The notes beneath the pieces are model-generated. The model saw nothing but the letters and a program-made list of their open reading frames with translations, made no database searches and had not been told where the DNA came from. Below are positions 28,402-38,548 of a DNA stretch of 64,000 bases, piece by piece; position 1 is the stretch's first letter; each line of letters begins with the position of its first letter. Source of the DNA: an uncultured Candidatus Bathyarchaeia archaeon (GTDB lineage: Archaea > Thermoproteota > CALKCG01 > B24 > JAWCPE01); assembly GCA_964427455.1 (NCBI GenBank), contig CAYRUY010000001.1:87726-151725 (forward strand). Reading direction: 5' to 3'. The translations under genes were made by a program, and so were the position numbers.

Positions 28402-29808
28402 CTACGGTGTAGTTGCGCGTTTTCTCCTCGAGGCAACAAAGTAGACTGTGGCCGCAACGATGACCGCAGCTCCGAAGACTACGGGCAGCCTCACGTAGAG
28501 CAGGTCTTCGGGGAACTTCGAAAGCGTGGTCGTCGCCAGCTCGGCGCCGATGGCTACGGTTGGGTCATGCCTCAAGGAGTTCCCAAATTTGGGTACGCTG
28601 ACTTGGTGGGCGAAGGCGATGCGATACCTGACAGGTCTGCCTTCGACATCCGTGATGATACCGGTCGCGTAAAGGCCTTCGGGTACGACCACGGGCGTTG
28701 ACAGCAGAAAGACAGGTTGTATGGCTGTGCTTACGGCGTTATCTACGCGCGTGCCGTCTACCATGGCCTCAGGTGTGTATGATACGAAGGCTTTGGCCGC
28801 CGTCATGGCTTTCCCGGAGACAAGGACAATGGGTTCCTTTGCCGTCAGCGTCACGTTGAAAGCCTGGAATTCCTTGCCACCGAGCCTGACTGCCACGGGC
28901 TCAGAGCTGTGGTAAAGGATGGTGGAGATCATGGCGAGGCGCAGGTTCTTTGCCTCGGACCAGCTGGAGTTGGCGAAGCTCATGTCGAGTTTGAGTTCGG
29001 GGTTCTCGGGCAGAAGCTTCACGTGGTAGCCCAACATGACATCGATCCATTCAACACTTCGGTGCACGTGTTCTCCCCCTTCGGTCCCTTGGCTGTGTCT
29101 CCATAGTATGGAAGGGACCTTGGCCGAGATGTTCCAAGAGAACTCCTGAACCAGTGTCTCGTCCACTGTGATGTTCCTGCTGGCGAGCGCTGTGACAGTC
29201 CACTGCCACTGGTCCTCGTTGTACACCATATGAAACATGGGTGCAAGTGGGAAGATGCTGTAGGGTCTGTCTCTGAGGTTATCCCAATCGATCTCGTTCT
29301 CCTCTACCTCGTCGTTATGCTCCCTGTTGCCTCTTGTCCAGAGGTCGAAGAGGCCATTGTTATCCGAGTCATTGTACTGCATCAGGAAGAGCGGCGTGTA
29401 GGTAATACTTGTCTCCAGGCTTCCGTTTCCGCTGTACCTGGCCATGTGAAGTATCGGTGACGTGTCCACGAAGAGTAGGCCTGTGAACCCCCTAAGGTGC
29501 CATGTGATCAGACGCTGCCAGATGAAAAGGAACTCGACGCGGCCGCCGTCGGTTGTGTTCACGGTGATGCTGTACTTCGAATATGTGGAGCTGTCTCTGA
29601 AGGCCCGCGCTTCCTCAATGATGGCTCTGGCTACGGCTCTCCTCGGAGTGGCACGTGCAGACGATGCTAGGGGCAACACAAGCAAGAAGACCATCGAGGC
29701 GACCGCTAGGCGATTCGGCCCCCTTGTTCTCTCAGCCTTCCGTCTAGCCCGTAGCAACAAAACATGGTGTTGCTGTTGGCTGCGGGCTCGGCTTTCCAGG
29801 ATTCTCAT
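28402..29808 (-). CDS. hypothetical secreted protein with C-terminal TM anchor
   Basis: Signal peptide (MVFLLVLPLASSARA), 468 aa, C-terminal TM plus RRKR. No family recognised. Confidence 0.35.
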   Translation of the reverse strand: MRILESRARSQQQHHVLLLRARRKAERTRGPNRLAVASMVFLLVLPLASSARATPRRAVARAIIEEARAFRDSSTYSKYSITVNTTDGGRVEFLFIWQRLITWHLRGFTGLLFVDTSPILHMARYSGNGSLETSITYTPLFLMQYNDSDNNGLFDLWTRGNREHNDEVEENEIDWDNLRDRPYSIFPLAPMFHMVYNEDQWQWTVTALASRNITVDETLVQEFSWNISAKVPSILWRHSQGTEGGEHVHRSVEWIDVMLGYHVKLLPENPELKLDMSFANSSWSEAKNLRLAMISTILYHSSEPVAVRLGGKEFQAFNVTLTAKEPIVLVSGKAMTAAKAFVSYTPEAMVDGTRVDNAVSTAIQPVFLLSTPVVVPEGLYATGIITDVEGRPVRYRIAFAHQVSVPKFGNSLRHDPTVAIGAELATTTLSKFPEDLLYVRLPVVFGAAVIVAATVYFVASRRKRATTP

Positions 29809-30556
29809 CCCTTCGGCCTGATTGCCGGGCCGAATTCCTCTCTGAAGGCCTCGATCGTTGTTCCCAGAATCCCGGTTCTCTGGATGTCTCCTTCACCTAG
29901 GTCTCTCCTCATGGCCTCTTGTATAACCGGTATGGTCCTTGGATCTGATCCGACAAGAGCTGCCTCCACGGCGACTGCATCCCTGCCGACCACCAAGATC
30001 CCTGTGTCAATGCTAGCGGACACGGGGTCTATGCCTAACGACATGCGATCACTGCGGATCGGTCCTTCGTGTGTAAGTCGTTTATGTTCCCGATTGTTTC
30101 AATGATTGTGTTGCATCTTGTCCGATTTTCACTACTGCAACTTCCGGTCTCATAACCGTTCTGCGGTCAACATGCTGGGATATAACGGTTTCCGTTTGGT
30201 CTCTCTGCTACTGAAGTGCATGGAGATGACTTGGCACGTAGTGTCCTTTATGTCGTAGTCTAGCCATGGCGCAAGCCTAGCTTGCTGTGGTTTCCGGTTC
30301 AGATGGAGTGAGAGGGCGGTCCGTTTCGGATCTATGCTCTTATCTCGTCCAGTGATCCCTGGGAGTCTTCTATGCCCTCAATCCACCACGTTGTCATGGC
30401 AACCTCTCCTTTCTACGCGCCAACTGGCACTTAACCAGGGGCGTTTGAGCCCGGGACTCTACCTAGACACTTCCTAGACCCGCATGCCCCTGTCGCTGTA
30501 GGAAGACCTTGGGATGGCTCTGATCTGGAGTTGACTGGCACTAGCACCAAGTCAGA

Positions 30557-31474
30557 GTGATGGACCCCAAACTCTATAGGAATGGAAGGCCCGAGAACAC
30601 TGAACAGGCTAGCATTAGGGGAATAAGTTTGGTTCGAGGCGTCTTCCTGACCGCTCCGTACGATGTTCAGATCACGGAGTTTGACAGACCCAAGTTTCCT
30701 CAGAAGGCTGTCTTAGCCAGGACGGTGATGTGTGGGGTTTGTGGTATTGACGTTCATATGTACAAGGGCACGGTTCCCATCGTGGACCCGATTCCTCTCG
30801 GCCATGAATGGGTTGGGAGGATCGAGGAGATAGGGCAGAAAGCTGAGGCTGAAGACCTCTGGGGTCAGGAGCTCAGAGTAGGGGACCTCATCATTCCGGG
30901 CTTCTCGTCTCAAGGCTGCGGAAGATGCATCTACTGCAAGTTCTACATGAAGCCATACCTCTGCGTCTCCTCTAAGGGAGACCCCTTCGAGAAGACTAAA
31001 GCGCGCGGGATCGTCAGGCCAACTGTGTTCGATGTTGGAGGTTACTGTGACTACAGGTACGTTTTCCCCAATGGTTGGGTCTACAAGGTTCCAGGGGATC
31101 TCCCACCTGAGGTCGCGGTGTTAACAGAGCATTTCTCCACCGCCCTGCATGTCGGAGACTACGCGGGCAAAGAGGGGCTCACTGTGGTAGTGCAGGGATC
31201 TGGGCCTATCGGGCTCCTCTCAGTGATGGCAGTGAAACTGAGTGGGGCAGCGACCACCATCGTGGTAGGCGCCCCCGAAGGGAGGCTGAGGCTCTGCAAG
31301 GAATTCGGAGCAGGCTACGCCATCAGCATCCAAGAGGTGCCCGAGGCCGAGGACCGAATCAGGAGCGTGAAAAAGCTTACCCGTGCTGGTGCAGGCGCAG
31401 ACGTGGTGGTTGAGGCTGCGGGCACCCCAGAGGCTTTCACAGAGGGGCCTGCGCCACGAGTTGTCGCAAGCTGA
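30557..31474 (+). pseudogene. zinc-dependent alcohol dehydrogenase (MDR) family, 3'-truncated
   Basis: CGVCGIDVHMY and GHEWVGRIEEIG zinc ligands plus the Rossmann GSGPIGL are present. The ORF stops after the coenzyme domain begins, with about 100-140 aa missing. No continuation in any frame before the convergent nucS. Confidence 0.45.
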
Positions 31475-31596
31475 GGCTTGTCCCAACCCGCCGTATCCGG
31501 GCCCGGGTTGTCATGCGATGTCGCTTTCTTAAAGCCTTCCGTGGCGAGGGGAACTGTGTCCCCGATCCTGTCTTCCAGTCCTCCTGTCTGAGGCAT

Positions 31597-32388
31597 TCAG
31601 AAGAGAAGGTCCAGATACCCGCTCAGTTTCTTCGCGGGCCCACTTGGCTTTCGTTGAAGTACCTCAGCGCACCTCTTCGGGCTCAGCCTCTTGAACTCCA
31701 GGTGCAGGTCTCTCAGCAAAGCCTCGGCTTCCTTCGAGATGCTTGGCGCCGCGAGGATGCCTCTAGCCTCGGGGCTGCTCACCCTCATGCTCTTCATGTA
31801 CTGGGCTAACTGCTTCACGGCCGACCTGTCGCCCCTCGTTCGCTTGATCTCCACTATCGTAAGGCGGCCCTGTTGGTCCCTTCCGACGCAGTCGACGAAG
31901 CCTGAGGGTACCTGTTTCTCAGCGGCGACGGGGCGAAACCCATCCTCTACGAGGCTAGGCTCAAGCAGGATGGCTGCCTTCATGTCCTCCTCCGAAGCGT
32001 AGAGCGCGAATGCTCCACGGTCTTCAAGCCCTAGCACGGAGACCAGTCGGAGCCCCCTGAACTCTACGGCAACCCTCTCCTTGGGCCTAGGTCTCATCGC
32101 CTCAATCGTCAACACGCCTCCGGGGCTCAGGCTCGCTTTGAAACGGCAACCGGGCGGCTGCCAGTTGACGGGTTCAACACCCCTAGGTCTGTGGAGAAGC
32201 AGCGAACCGTCGCCCTTAACGATGAGAAGCCTTTCACCTAAGCCCAGCTTCGAGGAGGCCCGTCCCGTGTACTCTACAGTGCATGGGCCAACGATCAGGA
32301 CGAGGCTTCGGCTTGATAGCCCCCATGCCACTTCTTGGAGGGCTTCTTGGGCCTCGGGGCTCGTAATGACCAGACTGCGCCGCTTCAT
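31597..32388 (-). CDS. nucS: endonuclease NucS/EndoMS
   Basis: The N-terminal domain (LLIVKGDGSLLLHRP...PVNWQPPG) and the C-terminal RecB-like nuclease motifs (D...EIK...QLAQY) match NucS. Confidence 0.65.
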   Translation of the reverse strand: MKRRSLVITSPEAQEALQEVAWGLSSRSLVLIVGPCTVEYTGRASSKLGLGERLLIVKGDGSLLLHRPRGVEPVNWQPPGCRFKASLSPGGVLTIEAMRPRPKERVAVEFRGLRLVSVLGLEDRGAFALYASEEDMKAAILLEPSLVEDGFRPVAAEKQVPSGFVDCVGRDQQGRLTIVEIKRTRGDRSAVKQLAQYMKSMRVSSPEARGILAAPSISKEAEALLRDLHLEFKRLSPKRCAEVLQRKPSGPAKKLSGYLDLLF

Positions 32389-32620
32389 CTGGCATCGAAC
32401 TCGTGAAACACCGGTTACCTCTTACCATTGCACTTGAAGTAAAACCTGTTCACCGGCAACTGAGAACCTCTGGGCTTCAAACCGGGACGCTCTCCTTGAA
32501 GCCTTAGTGGTCAATAGAAAGCCCTTCTCCTTGAACGCTCAGGGTAGCTTGAAGGAATACGGTTCTTATGAAACGTAACGCACATATTGAGGCTCGACGT
32601 ATATACATGGTGGATGCTGT

Positions 32621-33172
32621 GTGGAGAAGGAAAACGCAATAGTTGCAATGATGCTTGTGCTGCTCTCCGGAATCATACTTCTGGCAATATCTCCACCAAC
32701 GGCCAGCTCTGCTCAATCGCCTAAACCTCCGCCTCCTGCCGGGCATGAAGAGTACCTCTCAAGCCTACCTCCACGCCCTAGAGAGGCTTCCGATAAGATC
32801 GATGAGCACCATGATGAGATTCCGGGTCTCGTCCTATGGGGTGTAGACAGGACCGATATGACGCTCTTGGTAGGCGTGGAGAATGTTACCTCGCAGGTAG
32901 AGGAGATAGTCAAGCAGATCGTTGGCCCTGATGTGCCTGTAGGGGTCGTGGAAGCGCGCAACCAGCTCGACACTCTTCAGCAGCCAGAACTTCAGGAGGT
33001 AGTAAGCCCTATCGAGATAGGCATTAGGGAACCCGACCCTAGTGAGCTTCAGCCGGGGAAACTCGCTGACTATGCCCATTACGCCATGCTTCCTACAATG
33101 CTTCTAGGAGGGGACACCTTGGCTTGGTGGGTGATCCTGTGCGTCGTCGTGATGTGGAGGGTGTTCGCGTAA
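32621..33172 (+). CDS. hypothetical membrane/secreted protein
   Basis: N-terminal TM/signal and C-terminal TM. First of three contiguous same-strand ORFs of unknown function. Confidence 0.3.
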   Translation: MEKENAIVAMMLVLLSGIILLAISPPTASSAQSPKPPPPAGHEEYLSSLPPRPREASDKIDEHHDEIPGLVLWGVDRTDMTLLVGVENVTSQVEEIVKQIVGPDVPVGVVEARNQLDTLQQPELQEVVSPIEIGIREPDPSELQPGKLADYAHYAMLPTMLLGGDTLAWWVILCVVVMWRVFA

Positions 33173-33597
33173 TGGTGGATGATAGATATGGGAAGAGGAT
33201 ATTTCTGAAGCACAGGCTGGCCGTTGGCGTACTCGTGGGCCTAGCGGTTGTCCTGTTTTCAGGGCTGTTCTATGCGCTCTGCCTGTTAACTCCGAGAATA
33301 TCGTATGGCCCGTGGCCGGAGGTTCATACCATTCCTTCCGTACCTTCTGCGGTTCCCGTATCTTCTGCAGTTCGCATTCCGGAAGGGGGGTTTGTGGAGC
33401 CCCCACCTGAGCCTCCGTTCGGTCCGACAGTAACCTCTGAAGAAGCCGACGCGGCCCTTGGCCTCGCAGTGGTGTTGTTCCTCGCATTCATGGGGATAGG
33501 ATTTGCGTTGTGGTGGGCTGGGGGGTACTCTAAAGAAACGATCGTCTCCCTGAAGCCGCTCTGCGAGATCCCTGACAACGAAGACCGCGGATCATGA
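33124..33597 (+). CDS. hypothetical membrane protein
   Basis: Two predicted TM helices and a Pro-rich loop. Start uncertain. Confidence 0.3.
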   Translation: MVGDPVRRRDVEGVRVMVDDRYGKRIFLKHRLAVGVLVGLAVVLFSGLFYALCLLTPRISYGPWPEVHTIPSVPSAVPVSSAVRIPEGGFVEPPPEPPFGPTVTSEEADAALGLAVVLFLAFMGIGFALWWAGGYSKETIVSLKPLCEIPDNEDRGS

Positions 33598-34241
33598 GTT
33601 CCATGATAGCTAGGAAGATTGTTGCCGTATTCCTGGTGTTGGCTCTCGCAACTCTTGCATATCTGCAGTGGGCCTATAGCCACATCAACATTAACGTAGG
33701 CAGCTTCAGGTATGGTGGCAGGGAGGAGGGAGAGACGGGCATCGTAAGAACCTCTCCCCCTCCACACGTCTCATCCCCCGGTACTTCTTCGTTCAAGAGG
33801 TACTCGCTGGCTAAGGGAGTCGAGGAAATTGCACGGGTTTGGGGTAGGGCTCCGCCGCTGCCCAAGTGGCTTCCGGACAACATGACGTATGCCGAGGCCT
33901 ACACAGAGCCAGCAGCCATAGTATGCTACAGCGACAGGCCGGTTGAAGACTTCAGGTTCGCTAACGTAACCATCGAGATACACCTTCAGGGTCCGAGCGA
34001 GGAGGAACTCAAGCAGGAAGTCGAGAACAGTCCGTATCTGAAGCTGGTAAAGGCAGGCGATGTCTGGGTTGTGATGAACGAGAAGGCGCATTCTGGCTGG
34101 ATCGAAGAGGAGGAGGCGTTCGGCCCATCGCCCCTAGCGTGGTTCAGCAAAGATGGATTCTACTACATGGTCGGCGTTCACGCTCCACTAACACCCCAGG
34201 ACTTGGTAAAGGTCATAGAGAGCATGAAGCCTCCAAGCTGA
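33594..34241 (+). CDS. hypothetical secreted protein
   Basis: N-terminal TM/signal. Overlaps the previous ORF by 4 nt (operon-like). Confidence 0.3.
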   Translation: MSSMIARKIVAVFLVLALATLAYLQWAYSHININVGSFRYGGREEGETGIVRTSPPPHVSSPGTSSFKRYSLAKGVEEIARVWGRAPPLPKWLPDNMTYAEAYTEPAAIVCYSDRPVEDFRFANVTIEIHLQGPSEEELKQEVENSPYLKLVKAGDVWVVMNEKAHSGWIEEEEAFGPSPLAWFSKDGFYYMVGVHAPLTPQDLVKVIESMKPPS

Positions 34242-34403
34242 CATCCACCCACCCTCTTTTTCTTTCCTCAACTCCCTCTACGCGATTCTCTTCCTGAGCT
34301 TGTACCTTCCGTCCTTGAGCCGCATGACGCCCCGCCCTACTGATGCCTAGCTCCGTCTGTTGCCATCCTCCGACGGGCATACACAAGATGCCTCGGCCTG
34401 TGT

Positions 34404-34832
34404 CTATTCACCGATTATCTGGAGCACAAGCTCTCGCTTCCGGCTGTGAACGTCGAGTTCGATGAACGCGATCTGTTGCCACGTGCCGAGAGCTAACCGC
34501 TTGTCGTTGAAGGGCACCGTAAGACTCGCGCCTAGCAGCGAAGCCCTGATGTGCGAGTGCCCGTTCCCGTCATGCCACGCCTCGTCGTGCGCGTACGGGA
34601 TTGCTCGAGGAACGAGCCTATCAAGCATCGCCTTAAGGTCCTTCTTGAGCCCTCCCTCAAACTCGACCGTAGCTAGGGCGCCCGTGCTCCCAGCCACAAA
34701 GACGGTCACGATTCCGTCACTGAGGCCGGAGGCTCTAACTGCCTCAGCTACGTCGCCTGTGATGTCTCTTGTGTCCAAGGAGTCGCGTTCCCCCAGCGTA
34801 GAGAACTGCAAGCGCCTAGAGACAACCTTCAC
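34404..34832 (-). CDS. yjbQ: YjbQ-family (UPF0047) secondary thiamine-phosphate synthase-like enzyme
   Basis: Full-length match to the YjbQ pattern (ITGDV...VTVFVAGSTGALATVEFE...HDEAWHDGNGHSHIRASLLG). Confidence 0.8.
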   Translation of the reverse strand: MKVVSRRLQFSTLGERDSLDTRDITGDVAEAVRASGLSDGIVTVFVAGSTGALATVEFEGGLKKDLKAMLDRLVPRAIPYAHDEAWHDGNGHSHIRASLLGASLTVPFNDKRLALGTWQQIAFIELDVHSRKRELVLQIIGE

Positions 34833-35112
34833 TCAAGACACCCCACGTATAGAAACGCGGCGTGGCTTATCCGCTTACCCCTCAGCGTCAGAAGACAGGC
34901 AGCACCTTTGACCTTCGCTACGAGTGCGCTCGCGCACGGACCTACGGTTTCACTCCTAGCCCCTTGAGCCAACCATCATTCCCAGTGAATTCTTAAATAA
35001 CGGTTGGAGCCCATATCCGTGCAGAGGGAGCCAAGTGAGGGATCGAGAAATCCTCTCCCGGTAGTTGTCCGCCTAACGCGGTTAGGCCCAACCGTGGAAA
35101 GTTAACGAACCC

Positions 35113-38100
35113 GTGCCCTCGCCGTCGAGTTGCCGCTGGCTTCCGGACGATACGACAGAGCGCTTACCTTGGAGGCTGAGAGAGACCTTGTTTACGCCAG
35201 TAGGGTCAGAGGTTGACTTCCCAAAGCTTGAACACCGCATCCTTAGGCTCTGGGCCGAGGTCGACGCCTTCAACCGGCGAAGGGCCTTGAACGAAGCGAA
35301 GCCGCGGTGGTCCTTCATAGACGGCCCGATCACGGCCAACAACCCTATGGGCGTCCACCACGCCTGGGGCCGGACCTACAAGGACCTCTTCCAGAGGTAC
35401 CGGGCTATGAGGGGCTTCCAGCTCCGGTACCAGAACGGCTTCGACTGCCAAGGCCTCTGGATCGAGGTTGAGCTCGAGAAGGAGCTGGGCTTCAAGTCGA
35501 AGAAGGAGATAGAACAATACGGCGTCGCGGAGTTTGTGAAACGGTGTAAGCAACGCGTTCTCCAATTCGCCGCCAAGCAGGTTGAGCAATCGGTTCGACT
35601 CGGCTACTGGATGGACTGGGATGACCCCAAGCTCCTCAGGGAACTCGCCGAGAAACTTGACACACCCGAGGAAACGGTCACGGTTCGAGGACCCTCCGGC
35701 GGCCGCCTCTCAGGCACCGTCGAACAGGTTGTCGGCCAGCTGGGCACGCCTGGGTTCGGCGGCTCCTACTTCACCTTCTCCGACGAGAACAACTACAGCA
35801 TCTGGGCTGCGTTGAAGAAATGCCATGAGCGGGGATGGATCCGAAAGGGGAGGGACGTGATGCCCTGGTGCCCCCGCTGCTCCACTGCGCTCTCGGAGCA
35901 CGAGATCGCGACTGAGGGCTATCGTGAATTGACCCACCTCGGGCTGACCGTCAGGTTCCCCTTAAGAGAAAGGCCTGGCGAGTCGCTGCTCGTCTGGACA
36001 ACTACGCCCTGGACTCTGACGTCCAACGTCGCCGTGGCGGTCCACCCCGACATCGCGTACGTGAGAGTCCGTGCAAACGGTGAAGCCCTAATACTGGCTA
36101 AGGCCGGGCTCCAGCGAACGATCACCGGGGAGTACCGAGTGCTCGAAGAGGTCGACGGCATGAGCCTTCAAGGCCTGACCTACGACGGGCCTTACGACGA
36201 GCTCCCAGCGGTCAAGAACGAGAAGGCTGCTGAAGCGCATCGTGTGGTGCTCTGGGACCAAGTGAGCGAGTCTGAGGGAACGGGCATCGTACACATAGCT
36301 CCTGGGTGTGGGAAGGAGGACTTTCAGCTCGGGTTGGAGAACGGCCTTCCCGTCGTCGCACCATTGGACGACTTCGGCGTCTTCACCGACGGTTTCGCGT
36401 GGTTGACGGGCAAGCACGCGTACGATGTTGCTCAGCCGATCGTGGACGACCTCCGCGGAAGAGGCCTGCTCTTCAAGGTGGAGAGCTACACGCACCGATA
36501 CCCGGTCTGCTGGCGATGCGAGAGCGAACTCGTCTTCAGGCTTGTCGATGAATGGTTCATCCACATGGGCGAGAAGCTTGACAAACCGCTTGAAGAGTTG
36601 ACCGAGCAGGAGAAGACTAGGAATCTGCGCTATCAGATCATGGAGTCCGCTAAGCAGGTACGTTGGATTCCAGGCTTTGGCCTCCAGCAGGAGCTTGACT
36701 GGCTGCGCAACATGGGAGACTGGATGATCTCGAAGAAGCGTTACTGGGGGCTGGCCCTACCCATCTGGGAATGCTCTCAATGCGGCGGATTCGACGTTAT
36801 CGGCAGCGAGGACGAGCTTCACGCACGCGCAGTTGAAGGCTGGGAGAGCTTCGAAGGACACACGCCTCACAGGCCCTGGATCGATGCTGTTCGTATCAGA
36901 TGCTCAAGATGCGGAGCTGTCGTGTCGCGGATACCGGATGTGGGAAACCCCTGGCTCGACGCAGGGATCGTCGCCTACTCAACCCTCGACTATAGACACA
37001 ACCGGGAGCTATGGGCGAAGTGGTTCCCCGCAGACCTAATCTGCGAGTCGCTCCCGGGCCAGTTCCGCAACTGGTTCTACTCGATGCTAGCTATGAGCAC
37101 GATCCTTGAGAAACGGACGCCCTTCCTAACCTGTTTCGGCCATGGCAGTGTGCTCGCCGAGGACGGCCGTGAGATGCACAAGTCCTGGGGGAACGCGATC
37201 TGGTTTGACGACGCCGTTGAGACGATGGGCGCCGACGTGATGCGTTGCCTGTACTGTTCAAGCGAGCACGAGGAGGACCTGCTTTTCGGCTACAAGAGAG
37301 CCGACGAGGTTAAGCGTAGGTTCTTGCTTCCCCTCTGGAACGTCTACAGCTTCTTCGTCACTTACGCGAACCTTGACGACTGGAAGCCAGGCTCAGAGCC
37401 GGTGGAACTGACCCTCCTCGACCGTTGGGTACTGGCCAAACTCCAAGTGCTCATCCAACACGTAACGGAGAGCCTCGAGAGCTACGATGTACGGTCCGCG
37501 ACGATCAGCGTGGAGAGATTTGTGGAAGAGCTCTCTACCTGGTACGTGCGGCGATCACGCCGGAGATTCTGGAAGAGCGAAGCCAGCATGGACAAGAACG
37601 CGGGCTACGCCACGCTCCACCGCTGCCTCACCACGCTTGCAGCGCTGCTCGCGCCATTCACGCCCTTCCTAAGCGAGGAGATCTACCGGAACCTAGTATG
37701 CAACGTGAGACCTGAGGCCCCAGAGAGCGTGCACCTGAACGATTGGCCTCTCCCGGATAAAGGGCTGGTCGACGAGAAACTCCTAGCTGACATGGATCTC
37801 GGCATCAAGGTCAGTAGCCTAGGACGTGCCGCCCGGAACAAGGCGGGCATAAGGCTTCGCCAACCCTTGGCAAGGGCTCTGATAGCCGCCCCGCCTGAGA
37901 CAACAGCCCGCCTCCAGCGACTGGCCGAGACAGTCAGGGAGGAACTCAACGTCAAGGAGCTGGGCTTCGCGGACCCGAAGGCGATCGTGACCTACGAGGT
38001 GAGGCTGCGACCTGAGGTGTTAGGCCCGAAGCATGGTGCGCTCCTGCCAGAGATCCGAGCCGCGGTCGCAGGGGTCGACCCGGACTCATTGGCCTCCATG

Positions 38101-38529
38101 TTGCAGAAGGGCGTAGAAGTAACCCTAGAGGTGGCGGGGCGAGCAGTCACATTGCTCCCTGAGGAGGTAGAGATCAAGACACATCCCAGAGCTGGATACG
38201 CCGTAGCCGAGGAAGACGGGATCATCATCGGCGTACACGCCCAAGTCTCGGAGGAGCTCAGGATAGAAGGTTTAGCCAGGGACATAGTGCGCAGGATACA
38301 GGACCAACGGAGGGAGGCCGGGTACAACATCGCAGATACTATCCGGATCTGCTACGAGGCGGGACCGAAGCTCTCAAGGGTCTTCGCATCTTGGGGGAGC
38401 TACATAGCAGCTGAGACGTTGGCGGTCAGCATCGAGAAGTCTGAACCGCCCTCTGGCAGCCATACGGCCGCCTTCGAACTCGACGGGGAAACGCTCAAGA
38501 TCGGCCTGATCCGGCAGACTCACGCTTAG
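35113..38529 (+). CDS. ileS: isoleucyl-tRNA synthetase-like class I aaRS with non-canonical catalytic signatures
   Basis: IleRS hallmarks: EVDFPKLE N-terminus, GWD-like FDCQGLWIE, editing-domain WTTTPWTLTSN, zinc knuckles. HxGH is replaced by GVHH and KMSKS by EMHKS. The likely true start is TTG at 35188, preceded by GGAGG. Confidence 0.7.
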   Translation: MPSPSSCRWLPDDTTERLPWRLRETLFTPVGSEVDFPKLEHRILRLWAEVDAFNRRRALNEAKPRWSFIDGPITANNPMGVHHAWGRTYKDLFQRYRAMRGFQLRYQNGFDCQGLWIEVELEKELGFKSKKEIEQYGVAEFVKRCKQRVLQFAAKQVEQSVRLGYWMDWDDPKLLRELAEKLDTPEETVTVRGPSGGRLSGTVEQVVGQLGTPGFGGSYFTFSDENNYSIWAALKKCHERGWIRKGRDVMPWCPRCSTALSEHEIATEGYRELTHLGLTVRFPLRERPGESLLVWTTTPWTLTSNVAVAVHPDIAYVRVRANGEALILAKAGLQRTITGEYRVLEEVDGMSLQGLTYDGPYDELPAVKNEKAAEAHRVVLWDQVSESEGTGIVHIAPGCGKEDFQLGLENGLPVVAPLDDFGVFTDGFAWLTGKHAYDVAQPIVDDLRGRGLLFKVESYTHRYPVCWRCESELVFRLVDEWFIHMGEKLDKPLEELTEQEKTRNLRYQIMESAKQVRWIPGFGLQQELDWLRNMGDWMISKKRYWGLALPIWECSQCGGFDVIGSEDELHARAVEGWESFEGHTPHRPWIDAVRIRCSRCGAVVSRIPDVGNPWLDAGIVAYSTLDYRHNRELWAKWFPADLICESLPGQFRNWFYSMLAMSTILEKRTPFLTCFGHGSVLAEDGREMHKSWGNAIWFDDAVETMGADVMRCLYCSSEHEEDLLFGYKRADEVKRRFLLPLWNVYSFFVTYANLDDWKPGSEPVELTLLDRWVLAKLQVLIQHVTESLESYDVRSATISVERFVEELSTWYVRRSRRRFWKSEASMDKNAGYATLHRCLTTLAALLAPFTPFLSEEIYRNLVCNVRPEAPESVHLNDWPLPDKGLVDEKLLADMDLGIKVSSLGRAARNKAGIRLRQPLARALIAAPPETTARLQRLAETVREELNVKELGFADPKAIVTYEVRLRPEVLGPKHGALLPEIRAAVAGVDPDSLASMLQKGVEVTLEVAGRAVTLLPEEVEIKTHPRAGYAVAEEDGIIIGVHAQVSEELRIEGLARDIVRRIQDQRREAGYNIADTIRICYEAGPKLSRVFASWGSYIAAETLAVSIEKSEPPSGSHTAAFELDGETLKIGLIRQTHA

Positions 38530-38548
38530 GCGGGTGCGGCGAGATCGG

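Noticed and set aside
30100-30556. AT-richer 450-nt intergenic region upstream of the ADH remnant as a possible ncRNA or CRISPR leader
   Set aside because: No direct repeats, no box C/D or H/ACA pair with the correct spacing, and no tRNA features. It is most simply a divergent promoter region.
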